Shown here: positions 33,674 to 45,700 of the stretch, piece after piece
Numbering within the stretch: the stretch's first letter is position 1
How the letters are laid out: the number at the start of each line of letters is the position of its first letter
Assembly: GCF_006345805.1 (NCBI RefSeq)
Contig: NC_043004.1
Coordinates: forward strand, 75,144,001 to 75,208,000
Source of the DNA: Octopus sinensis
Lineage: Eukaryota
Direction: 5' to 3'
Length of the DNA: 64,000 nucleotides
Translations under genes and position numbers: made by a program
Notes under the pieces: model-generated
Database searches by the model: none
Told to the model about the DNA's origin: nothing
Seen by the model: the letters and a program-made list of their open reading frames with translations, nothing else

Positions 33674-36600
33674 ATCATCATCATCATCATCATCGTTTAA
33701 CGTCCGTTTTCCGCGCTAGCACGGGTTGGACGGTTTCGACCGGGGTCTGGGGAGCCAGGGACTGCCCCAGGCTCCAGTCTGGTCTGGCAGTGTTTCTACG
33801 CCAACCACTCCGCGAGTGTAGTGGGTGCTTTTTACGTGCCACCTGCACAGTGCCAGAGGGGTCTGGCATCGGCCACGGTCGGTTGGTGCTTTTTATGTGC
33901 CACCTGCACAGAGCCAGTCGGGGCGGTGCTGGCATCGGCCATGTTCGGATGGTGCTTTTTATGTGGGGGGGGGGTGCAGAAATATAGGGGAGCACCAGCG
34001 GGGAGGGGTGTTCGGAGTGTTCATGTACTTGACTCAACAGGTCTCCTCAAGCACAGCGGGACGATCTGGGATCCGGGGTACTTTGAATGGGCAGGGGCTA
34101 TGTGGAACTGATGCAGGAAGCAGCCCGGGTCTTTGCAGTCACAGCATATCTCCAGAGATCTCGGTCCTTCGCCATTGCCTCGGTGAGGCCCAACGCTCTG
34201 AGGTCAAGCTTGACTGCCTCATCCCATGTCTTCCCGGGTCTACCTCTCCCCCTGATACCTTCAACTGTTTTGGAGTGGCACTTCTTCACACATCTCTCCT
34301 CATCCATCCGCAGCACATGACCATACCATTGCAAGCGTCGATCTTGCACACCACATCTGATGCTTCTTATATCCAGCATTTCTCTCAGGATGCTTACACT
34401 CTGTCGTGCGTGCACACTGACATTACACATCCAGCGGATCATGCTAGCTTCATTTCTTTCAAGTCTACGCATGTCCTCTGCAGTCATAGCCCATGTTTCA
34501 TTACCGTGAAGCATGGCAGTTCGCACACATGCATCATACAGTCTACCTTTCGCTCTGAGAGAGAGACCCTTTTTCGCCAGTAGGGGTAGGAGCTTTCTGA
34601 ACTTTGCCCAGGCTATTCGTATTCTAGTGGTGATACTCTCTGAGCATCCACCTCTTGGTCACCCAGGTAGTGGAAACTATCAAGTACTTCTAGTTTCTCC
34701 CCCTGGAGTGTGATGGAATCTGTTTTCTGAGTGTCTGTGGTGTCTATTGTCCCTGTGCATCTGCCGCACATGAAAGCTATCTTATCTGTTAATTTCCCTT
34801 TAATGTTGCTGCACCTCTTATGCATCCATAGCTTACATTGGGTGCATCTTATGGAGTTTCTACCTGTACCTTTCCTACAGATTGAGCAGGGCCACTTACT
34901 CGAGGGGGTGTGTGCTGAGTACGCCTTGCTGCTTACTATAACTTTGGTCTTTGCTACATTTACTCAAAGGCCCTTTGATTTTAACCCTTGCTTCCACACC
35001 CGAAATTTCTTTTCTAGTTCCGGTAGTGATTCTGCTATGAGAGCCAGGTCATCAGCATAGAGGAGCTCCCAGGGGCATCCTGTTTTGAATTCCTCCGTTA
35101 TTGCCTGGAGGACTATGATGAATAGAAGGGGACTGAGGGCTGAGCCCTGGTGCACACCTACTTCTACCCGGAATTCTTCACTATATTCGTTGCCAATCCT
35201 AACCTTGCTGGCAGCCTCTCTGTATAGAGCCTGTACAGACCTTATTAGCCATTCGTCAATCTCCAGTTTCCGCATCGACCACCAGATAAGGGAACGGGGA
35301 ACCCTGTCAAAGGCTTTCTCCAAGTCCACAAAGGCTATGTAGAGGGGTTTATCTTAGCTAGGTACTTCTCCTGCAGTTGTCGGACCAGGAATATAGCATC
35401 AGTGGTGCTTCTACCTGGCACAAAACCGAACTGCATTTCATCTAAGCAAATTCTCTCCCTAATGAGATGGGTTATGACCCTCTCTGTGACCTTCATCACC
35501 TGGTCCAACAGTTTGATACCCCTGTAATTATTTCTATCTAGAGCATCACCCTTACCCTTGTAGCAGTTGACTATGGTGCTGCTACGCCAGTCATTGGGTA
35601 TGACTCCATTGTGAACTACCTGGTTTACAATGCGGGTGACTATGCCATAGCCCACATAGCCAGCTGTTTTAAGCATCTCAGCAGTGGTTCCTGATGAGCC
35701 AGGGGCTTTGCCTGGTTTCATATCCTTAATTGCCTTATCTACAAGGGAGCTGTCTATTCGGGTAGCTGGTCCCTCTACTGGGTCAACATTTGGCAGGCTC
35801 TCCTCCTCCCATTCATTCTCCTTGTTCAGCAGTCTTTCATAATGGCTTCTCCAAGCCTCTTTCTTTTCACTAACAGTAAAAGCAAGTGTCCCATCATCCA
35901 TGCGGACACATTTCTCTCCTGTAACATCACTATTTTCTCTGACACACTGTCTGGCAATCCGAATACCTCAGCTCTTTGGTCCTCACGTCGCTGGACATTG
36001 GCAAACTCTTCTTTTCTTTCTGCTACATCTTTGGCTATGTATACCTGCCGCCCAGCCTCCCTTTTGGCTGCCTGGTACAGTTCCCTGCTGCCCCCATCCC
36101 TCCAGGCTTTCCAGGCCCGTCTCTTTGCACTAATGGCTTTATCTACTGCACTGTTCCACCACCATGTAACTCTAGGCCTGGAAGGGACTCTGCACCATCC
36201 ACAGACTCGGTCTGTGGCACTCAGCAAGCTGTCCCGTAGGAATTCCCAGCTACCTTCTATGTCTGACGTCTGGAGCTCCTCCTCCCTCTCATCAAATTTC
36301 TTGATGAGTATGTCCCTAAATTTCTGACCATGTGATGGGTTCTTTAGCCTCCAAATCCTTCTTTTCTGGATTGGTTTGTCTCTTGGAGTCCTTCTGGCCT
36401 CAAGCTTAAAGTCACTGATGATTAGTCTATGCCGAGGGATACATTCTTCACCCGGGAGGGTCTTTGTATTCAAGAGTGACCCTGCATCCCGCTGTCTGGT
36501 GAGGATGAAGTCTATTTGGCTAGCGGAGTCTCCTGACTGATAGGTTATAAGGTGGCAGTCAGGCTTCTTGAAGTTAGTGTTGCAGATTGAAAGGTTACAT

Positions 36601-37596
36601 GCATCACAGAATTCCAGCAGTCTAGTTCCCTCATCATTTCTGGTGCCAATACCATGGCCACCGTGTACCCCAGTGAAGATACCCGATTCCCGCCCAACAT
36701 GCCCATTAAAATCTCCACCCACCAAAGATGAGGTCCTTGCCACTAGTCTTTGAAGTAGCCTGTAGAAGGGTATCATAAAAGTTGTCCTTCTGATCATTTG
36801 GTAGTCCCGCTTGTGGGGCATAGGCGGAGATAATCGTAGCTGTGCCACTCTGTAGGACCAACCTGAGCTTGAGCACTCTATCGCAAACCCTGACAACCTC
36901 TATGACCTTATCCACCCATTTCTCCGCAAGGAGAATGCCTACACCCCCTACACCTTCCATGTTACCTTGCCAGAAGAGTTTGTACCTAAATGCCTTGCCT
37001 GTGAGGACCCTAGCTGAAGCACCTCTCCATCTTACCTCTTGTATGCAGCATACATCAACCTGTCTTCTCTCAAGCATCTCTACAATCTCACTAGACCTGC
37101 CTTTCAATGTACCAACATTGATAGTGCCAACTCTGAAAACTGGGAAGGGGGGGGTCCAGGTGAGAAAGGTTCCACCAGTGAGAAGAGAGGGAGAGAAAGC
37201 GGGGTGCTGTAGGTAATATAGGGAAGCACCAGCGGGGAAGGTTGGGGTAAGGAGGAACGATGATAGGGAGGGGTTGGAAGAGGTTCGTAAGAGATAAAAA
37301 CGTAGGATATCACAAGGGGGGGGGGGACTGGAAGGAGATAGCCGGTTGCGGCGGTGACAGGTTCAAAACAGGAGGAACGTAAGATCAGTGGGGAGGTTGA
37401 TGAGCTGCGGCGCTTGCTGCTTGTCTTGGTGGGGGGAGGTGTAGTACACAGTGAACGCATGTGGAGGAGGGGTAGGAGGGTGAGACACGTAATGGTGGTG
37501 GGGGAGGACGAGGGAGGAGGGCATATCCGGTGTAGATGGTGTGAACAGTGTTCACCGGTATTGGTATTGGTGGTGGGGGTGGGAAAGGGCGGGAGC
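33674..37596 (-). mobile_element. Near full-length RTE LINE: pyrimidine-rich 5' UTR, APE endonuclease, RT, PHD-like finger, 3' UTR, (GAT)n tail
   Basis: RVGTINVGT, CCIQEVRW, SAYAPQ, GGDFNGHVG, SQIDFIL (APE); QFGFVPG, DLEKAFD, GVHQGSALSP, LLYADDL (RT). Three 1-nt frameshifts, one TGA and one short deletion. Confidence 0.95.
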
Positions 37597-37604
37597 ACCG
37601 CGAA

Positions 37605-40600
37605 TGGCGAAGATCGGATTAAACTTCGTAGAGAAAGAATAGAGGGTATCTTAAGGGATTAAATTTCGTAGAGAAAGAATAAGATAGGGAAAGCGTGGCG
37701 AAGATCGAATTAAACTTCGTAGAGAAAGAATAGAGGGTATCTTAAGGGATCAAATTTCGTAGAGAAAGAATAAGATAGGGAAAGCGTGGCGAAGATCGAA
37801 TTAAACTTCGTAGAGAAAGAATAGAGGGTATCTTAAGGGATCAAATTTCGTAGACAAAGAATAAGATAGGGAAAGCGTGGCGAATATCGAATTAAACTTC
37901 GTAGAGAAAGAATAGAGGGTATCTTAAGGGATCAAATTTCGTAGAGAAAGAATAAGATAGGGAAGCGTGGCGAAGATCGAATTAAACTTCGTAGAGAAAG
38001 ATAGAGGGTATCTTAAGGGATTAAATTTCGTAGAGAAAGAATATGATAGGGAAAGCGTGGCGAAGATCGAATTAAACTTCGTAGAGAAAGAATAGAGGGT
38101 ATCTTAAGGGATCAATTTCGTAGAGAAAGAATAAGATAGGGAAAGCGTGGCGAAGATCGAATTAAACTTCGTAGAGAAAGAATAGAGGGTATCTTAAGGG
38201 ATCAAATTTCGTAGAGAAAGAATAAGATAGGAAAGCGTGGCGAAGATCGAATTAAACTTCGTCGTAGAGAAAGATAGAGGGTATCTTAGGGATTAAATTT
38301 CGTAGAGAAAGAATAAGATAGGAAAAGCGTGGCGAAGATCGAATTAAACTTCGTAGAGAAAGAATAGAGGGTATCTTAAGGGATTAAATTTCGTAGAGAA
38401 AGAATAAGATAGGGAAAGCGTGGCGAAGATCGAATTAAACTTCGTAGAGAAAGAACAGAGGGTATCTTAAGGGATTAAATTTCGTAGAGAAAGAATAAGA
38501 TAGGGAAAGCGTGGCGAAGATCGAATTAAACTTCGTAGAGAAAGATAGAGGGTATCTTAAGGGATTAAATTTCGTAGAGAAAGAATAAGATAGGGAAAGC
38601 GTGGCGATGATCGAATTAAACTTCGTAGAGAAAGATAGAGGGTATCTTAAGGGATTAAATTTCGTAGAGAAAGAATAAGATAGGGAAAGCGTGGCGAAGA
38701 TCGAATTAAACTTCGTAGAGAAAGATAGAGGGTATCTTAAGGGATTAAATTTCGTAGAGAAAGAATAAGATAGGGAAAGCGTGGCGAAGATCGAATTAAA
38801 CTTCGTAGAGAAGATAGAGGGTATCTTAAGGGATTAAATTTTGTAGAGAAAGAATAAGATAGGGAAAGCGTGGCGAAGATCGAATTAAACTTCGTAGAGA
38901 AAGATAGAGGGTATCTTAAGGGATTAATTTCGTAGAGAAGAATAAGATAGGGAAAGCGTGGCGAGATCGAATTAAACTTCGTAGAGAAAGAATAGAGGGT
39001 ATCTTAAGGGATTGAATTTCGTAGAGAAAGAATAAGATAGGAAAAGCGTGGCGAAGATCGAATTAAACTTCGTAGAGAAAGATAGAGGGTACCTAAAGGG
39101 ATTAAATTTCGTAGAGAAAGAATAAGATAGGGAAGCGTGGCGAAGATCGAATTAACTTCGTAGAGAAAGATAGAGGGTATCTTAAGGGATTAAATTTCGT
39201 AGAGAAAGAATAAGATAGGGAAAGCGTGGCGAAGATCGAATTAAACTTCGTAGTGAAAGATAGAGGGTATCTTAAGGGATTAAATTTCGTAGAGAAAGAA
39301 TAAGATAGGGAAAGCGTGGCGAAGATCGAATTAAACTTCGTAGAGAAAGAATAGAGGGTATCTTAAGGGATTAAATTTCGTAGAGAAAGAATAAGATAGG
39401 GAAAGCGTGGCGAAGATCGAATTAAACTTCGTAGAGAAAGATAGAGGGTATCTTAAGGGATAAAATTTCGTAGAGAAAGAATAAGATAGGGAAAGCGTGG
39501 CGAAGATCGAATTAAACTTCGTAGAGAAAGAATAGAGGGTATCTTAAGGGATTAAATTTCGTAGAGAAAGAATAATATAGGGAAGCGTGGCGAAGATCGA
39601 ATTAACTTCGTAGAGAAAGAATGAGGGTATCTTAAGGGATTAAATTTCGTAGAGAAAGAATAGATAGGAAAAGCGTGGCGAAGATCGAATTAAACTTCGT
39701 AGAGAAAGATAGAGGGTATCTTAAGGGATTAAATTTCGTAGAGAAGAATAAGATAGGGAAAGCGTGGCGAAGATCGAATTAACTTCGTAGAGAAAGATAG
39801 AGGGTATCTTAAGGGATTAAATTTCGTAGAGAAAGAATAAGATAGGGAAAGCTTGGTGAAGATCGAATTAAACTTCGTAGAGAAAGATAGAGGGTATCTT
39901 AAGGATTAATTTCGTAGAGAAAAATAGATAGGGAAAGCGCGGCGAAGATCGAATTAAACTCTTCGTAGAGAAAGAATAGAGGGTATCTTAAGGTTTAAAT
40001 TTCGTAGAGAAAGAATAAGATAGGGAAAGCGTGGCGAAGATCGAATTAAACTTCGTAGAGAAAGATAGAGGGTATCTTAATGGATTAAATTTCGTAGAGA
40101 AAGAATAAGATAGGGAAAGCGTGGCGAAGATCGAATTAAACTTCGTAAGAAAGATAGAGGGTATCTTAAGGGATTAAATTTCGTAGAGAAAGAATAATAT
40201 AGGAAAAGCGTGGCGAAGATCGAATTAAACTTCGTAGAGAAAGATAGAGGGTATCTTAAGGGATTAAATTTCGTAGAGAAAGAATATGATAGGGAAAGCG
40301 TGGCGAAGATCGAATTAAACTTCGTAGAGAAAGAATAGAGGGTATCTAAGGGATCAAATTTCGTAGAGAAAGAATAAGATAGGGAAAGCGTGGCGAAGAT
40401 CGAATTAAACTTCGTAGAGAAAGAATAGAGGGTATCTTAAGGGATCAAATTTCGTAGAGAAAGAATAATAGGGAAAGCGTGGCGAAGATCGAATTAAACT
40501 TCGTAGAGAAAGATAGAGGGTATCTTAAGGGATTAATTTCGTAGAGAAAGAATAAGATAGGGAAAGCGTGGCGAAGATCGAATTAAACTTCGTAGAGAAA

Positions 40601-42535
40601 GAATAGAGGGTATCTTAAGGGATTAAATTTCGTAGAGAAAGAATAAGATAGGAAAAGCGTGGCGAAGATCGAATTAAACTTCGTAGAGAAAGAACAGAGG
40701 GTATCTTAAGGATTAAATTTCGTAGAGAAAGAATAAGATAGGGAAAGCGTGGCGAAGATCGAATTAAACTTCGTAGAGAAAGATAGAGGGTATCTTAAGG
40801 GATTAAATTTCGTAGAGAAAGAATAAGATAGGGAAAGCGTGGCGATGATCGAATTAACTTCGTAGAGAAAGAATAGAGGGTATCTTAAGGGATTAAATTT
40901 CGTAGAGAAAGAATAAGATAGGGAAAGCGTGGCGAAGATCGAATTAAACTTCGTAGAGAAGATAGAGGGTATCTTAAGGGATTAAATTTCGTAGAGAAAG
41001 AATAAGATAGGGAAAGCGTGGCGAAGATCGAATTAAACTTCGTAGAGAAAGATAGAGGGTATCTTAAGGGATTAAATTTTGTAGAGAAAGAATAAGATAG
41101 GGAAAGCGTGGCGAAGATCGAATTAAACTTCGTAGAGAAAGATAGAGGGTATCTTAAGGGATTAAATTTTGTAGAGAAAGAATAAGATAGGGAAAGCGTG
41201 GCGAAGATCGAATTAAACTTCGTAGAGAAAGATAGAGGGTATCTTAAGGGATTAAATTTCGTAGAGAAAGAATAAGATAGGGAAAGCGTGGCGAAGATCG
41301 AATTAACTTCGTAGAGAAAGAATAGAGGGTATCTTAAGGGATTGAATTTCGTAGAGAAAGAATAAGATAGGGAAAGCGTGGCGAAGATCGAATTAAACTT
41401 CGTAGAGAAAGATAGAGGGTACTAAGGGATTAAATTTCGTAGAGAAAGAATAAGATAGGGAAGCGTGGCGAAGATCGAATTAAACTTCGTAGAGAAAGAT
41501 AGAGGGTATCTTAGGGATAAAATTTCGTAGAGAAAGAATAAGATAGGGAAAGCGTGGCGAAGATCGAATTAAACTTCGTAGAGAAAGATAGAGGGTATCT
41601 TAAGGGATTAAATTTCGTAGAGAAAGAATAAGATAGGGAAAGCGTGGCGAAGATCGAATTAAACTTCGTAGAGAAAGATAGAGGGTATCTTAAGGATTAA
41701 ATTTCGTAGAGAAAGAATAAGATAGGGAAAGCTTGGTGAAGATCGAATTAAACTTCGTAGAGAAGATAGAGGGTATCTTAAGGATTAAATTTCGTAGAGA
41801 AAGAATAAGATAGGGAAAGCGCGGCGAAGATCGAATTAAACTTCGTAGAGAAAGATAGAGGGTATCTTAAGGTTTAAATTTCGTAGAGAAAGAATAAGAT
41901 AGGGAAAGCGTGGCGAAGATCGAATTAAACTTCGTAGAGAAAGATAGAGGGTATCTTAATGGATTAAATTTCGTAGAGAAAGAATAAGATAGGGAAAGCG
42001 TGGCGAACATCGAATTAAACTTCGTAAAGAAAGATAGAGGGTATCTTAAGGGATTAAATTTCGTAGAGAAAGAATAAGATAGGGAAAGCGTGGCGAAGAT
42101 CGAATTAAACTTCGTAGAGAAAGATAGAGGGTATCTTAAGGGATTAATTTCGTAGAGAAAGAATAAGATAGGGAAAGCATGGCGAAGATCGAATTAAACT
42201 TCGTAGAGAAAGAATAGAGGGTATCTTAAGGGATTAATTTCGTAGAGAAAGAATAAGATAGGGAAAGCGTGGCGAAGATCGAATTAACTTCGTAGAGAAA
42301 CAATAGAGGGTATCTTAAGGGATTAAATTTCGTAGAGAAAGAATAAGATAGGGAAAGCGTGGTGAAGATCGAATTAAACTTCGTAGAGAAAGATAGAGGG
42401 TATCTTAAGGATTAAATTTCGTAGAGAAAGAATAAGAAAGGGAAAGCGTGGCGAAGATCGAATTAAACTTCGTAGAGAAAGATAGAGGGTACCTAAAGGG
42501 ATTAAATTTCGTAGAGAAAGAATAAGATAGGGAAG
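37605..42535. repeat. 90/91-bp satellite, array 1 (~54 monomers)
   Basis: Monomer GATCGAATTAAACTTCGTAGAGAAAGA(A)TAGAGGGTATCTTAAGGGATTAAATTTCGTAGAGAAAGAATAAGATAGGGAAAGCGTGGCGAA. Confidence 0.97.
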
Positions 42536-42787
42536 ACAAGCTCGTTAGTGTATAAGTTCAAACATTTAAAAACGATTAACGGCCAATGTATGTAAGTTGT
42601 GGAAGATAGGGAGAGAAAAAATATAGACTTGCTGTGAACATCGGTGATCAGGAAGAATGATAGGGGTGGGGTGCGGACCAGGTGACTTTAGATGGATTGA
42701 CTGGAAGTCTCTGATTTGGAGAAGACGGAAGTTTGAATTTGGGAATGGTAATGGTAATGGCGATTCCGTTTTTGAAGATACCGCGAA
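42536..42787. repeat. 252-bp satellite spacer, copy 1
   Basis: Non-monomer block ACAAG.TCGTTAG...GATACCGCGAA, differing from 55501-55752 at about 8 positions. Confidence 0.95.
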
Positions 42788-45700
42788 TGGCGAAGATCGA
42801 ATTAAACTTCGTAGAGAAAGATAGAAGGTATCTTAAGGGATTAAATTTCGTAGAGAAAGAATAAGATAGGGAAAGCGTGGCGAAGATCGAATTAAACTTC
42901 GTAGAGAAAGATAGAGGGTATCTTAAGGGATTAATTTTGTAGAGAAAGAATAAGATAGGGAAAGCGTGGCGAAGATCGAATTAAACTTCGTAGAGAAAGA
43001 TAGAGGGTATCTTAAGGGATTAAATTTCGTAGAGAAAGAATAAGATAGGGAAAGCGTGGCGAAGGTCGAATTAAACTTCGTAGAGAAAGAATAGAGGGTA
43101 TCTTAAGGGATTAAATTTCGTAGAGAAAGAATAAGATAGGGAAAGCGTGGCGAAGATCGAATTAAACTTCGTAGAGAAAGATAGAGGGTATCTTAAGGGA
43201 TTAAATTTTGTAGAGAAAGAATAAGATAGGGAAAGCGTGGCGAAGATCGAATTAAACTTCGTAGAGAAAGATAGAGGGTATCTTAAGGGATTAAATTTCG
43301 TAGAGAAAGAATAAGATAGGGAAAGCGTGGCGAAGGTCGAATTAAACTTCGTAGAGAAACAATAGAGGGTATCTTAAGGGATTAAATTTCGTAGAGAAAG
43401 AATAAGATAGGGAAAGCGTGGCGAAGATCGAATTAAACTTCGTAGAGAAAGAATAGAGGGTATCTTAAGTGATTAAATTTCGTAGAGAAAAATAAGATAG
43501 GGAAAGCGTGGCGAAGATCGAATTAAACTTCGTAGAGAAAGATAGAGGGTATCTTAAGGGATTAAATTTCGTAGAGAAAGAATAAGATAGGGAAAGCGTG
43601 GCGAAGATCGAATTAAACTTCGTAGAGAAAGATAGAGGGTATCTTAAGGGATTAAATTTCGTAGAGAAAGAATAAGATAGGGAAAGCGTGGTGAAGATCG
43701 AATTAAACTTCGTAGAGAAAGATAGAGGTATCTTAAGGGATTAAATTTCGTAGAGAAAGAACAGATAGGGAAAGCGTGGTGAAGATCGAATTAAACTTCG
43801 TAGAGAAAGATAGAGGGTATCTTAAGGGATTAAATTTCGTAGAGAAAGAATAAGATAGGGAAAGCGTGGCGAAGATCGAATTAAACTTCGTAGAGAAAGA
43901 ATAGAGGGTATCTTAAGGGATCAAATTTCGTAAGAAAAAGAATAAGATAGGGAAAGCGTGGCGAAGATCGAATTAAACTTCGTAGAGAAAGAATAGAGGG
44001 TATCTTAAGGGATTAAATTTCGTAGAGAAGAATAAGATAGGGAAAGCGTGTCGAAGATCGAATTAAACTTCGTAGAGAAAGATAGAGGGTATCTTAAGGG
44101 ATTAAATTTCGTAGAGAAAGAATAAGATAGGGAATGCCTGGCGAAGATCGAATTAACTTCGTAGAGAAAGAATAGAGGGTATCTTAAGGGATTAAATTTC
44201 GTAGAGAAAGAATAAGATAGGGAAAGCGTGGCGAAGGTCGAATTAAACTTCGTAGAGAAAGAATAGAGGGTATCTTAAGTGATTAAATTTCGTAGAGAAA
44301 GAATAAGATAGGGAAAGCGTGGCGAAGATCGAATTAAACTTCGTAGAGAAAGATAGAGGGTATCTTAAGGGATTAAATTTCGTAGAGAAAGAATAAGATA
44401 GGGAAAGCGTGGCGAAGATCGAATTAAACTTCGTAGAGAAAGATAGAGGGTATCTTAAGGGATTAAATTTCGTAGAGAAAGAATAAGATAGGGAAAGCGT
44501 GGTGAAGATCGAATTAAACTTCGTAGAGAAAGATAGAGGGTATCTTAAGGGATTAAATTTCGTAGAGAAAGAACAAGATAGGGAAAGCGTGGTGAAGATC
44601 GAATTAAACTTCGTAGAGAAAGAATAGAGGGTATCTTAAGGGATTAAATTTCGTAGAGAAAGAATAAGATAGGGAAAGCGTGGCGAAGATCGAATTAAAC
44701 TTCGTAGAGAAAGAATAGAGGGTATCTTAAGGGATCAAATTTCGTAGAGAAAGAATAAGATAGGGAAAGCGTGGCGAAGATCGAATTAAACTTCGTAGAG
44801 AAAGAATAGAGGGTATCTTAAGGGATTAAATTTCGTAGAGAAAGAATAAGATAGGGAAAGCGTGTCGAAGATCGAATTAAACTTCGTAGAGAAAGATAGA
44901 GGGTATCTTAAGGGATTAAATTTCGTAGAGAAAGAATAAGATAGGGAATGCCTGGCGAAGATCGAATTAAACTTCGTAGAGAAAGAATAGAGGGTATCTT
45001 AAGGGATTAAATTTCGTAGAGAAAGAATAAGATAGGGAAAGCGTGGCGAAGGTCGAATTAAACTTCGTAGAGAAAGATAGAGGGTATCTTAAGGGATTAA
45101 ATTTCGTAGAGAAAGAATAAGATAGGGAAAGCGTGGCGAAGATCGAATTAAACTTCGTAGAGAAAGATAGAGGGTATCTTAAGGGATTAAATTTTGTAGA
45201 GAAAGAATAAGATAGGGAAAGCGTGGCGAAGATCGAATTAAACTTCGTAGAGAAAGATAGAGGGTATCTTAAGGGATTAAATTTCGTAGAGAAAGAATAA
45301 GATAGGGAAAGCGTGGCGAAGATCGAATTAAACTTCGTAGAGAAAGAATAGAGGGTATCTTAAGGGATTAAATTTCGTAGAGAAAGAATAAGATAGGGAA
45401 AGCGTGGCGAAGATCGAATTAAACTTCGTAGAGAAAGATAGAGGGTACCTAAAGGGATTAAATTTCGTAGAGAAAGAATAAGATAGGGAAAGCGTGGCGA
45501 AGATCGAATTAAACTTCGTAGAGAAAGATAGAGGGTATCTTAAGGGATTAAATTTCGTAGAGAAAGAATAATATAGGGAAAGCGTGGCGAAGATCGAATT
45601 AAACTTCGTAGAGAAAGAATAGAGGGTATCTTAAGGGATCAAATTTCGTAGAGAAAGAATAAGATAGGGAAAGCGTGGCGAAGATCGAATTAAACTTCGT

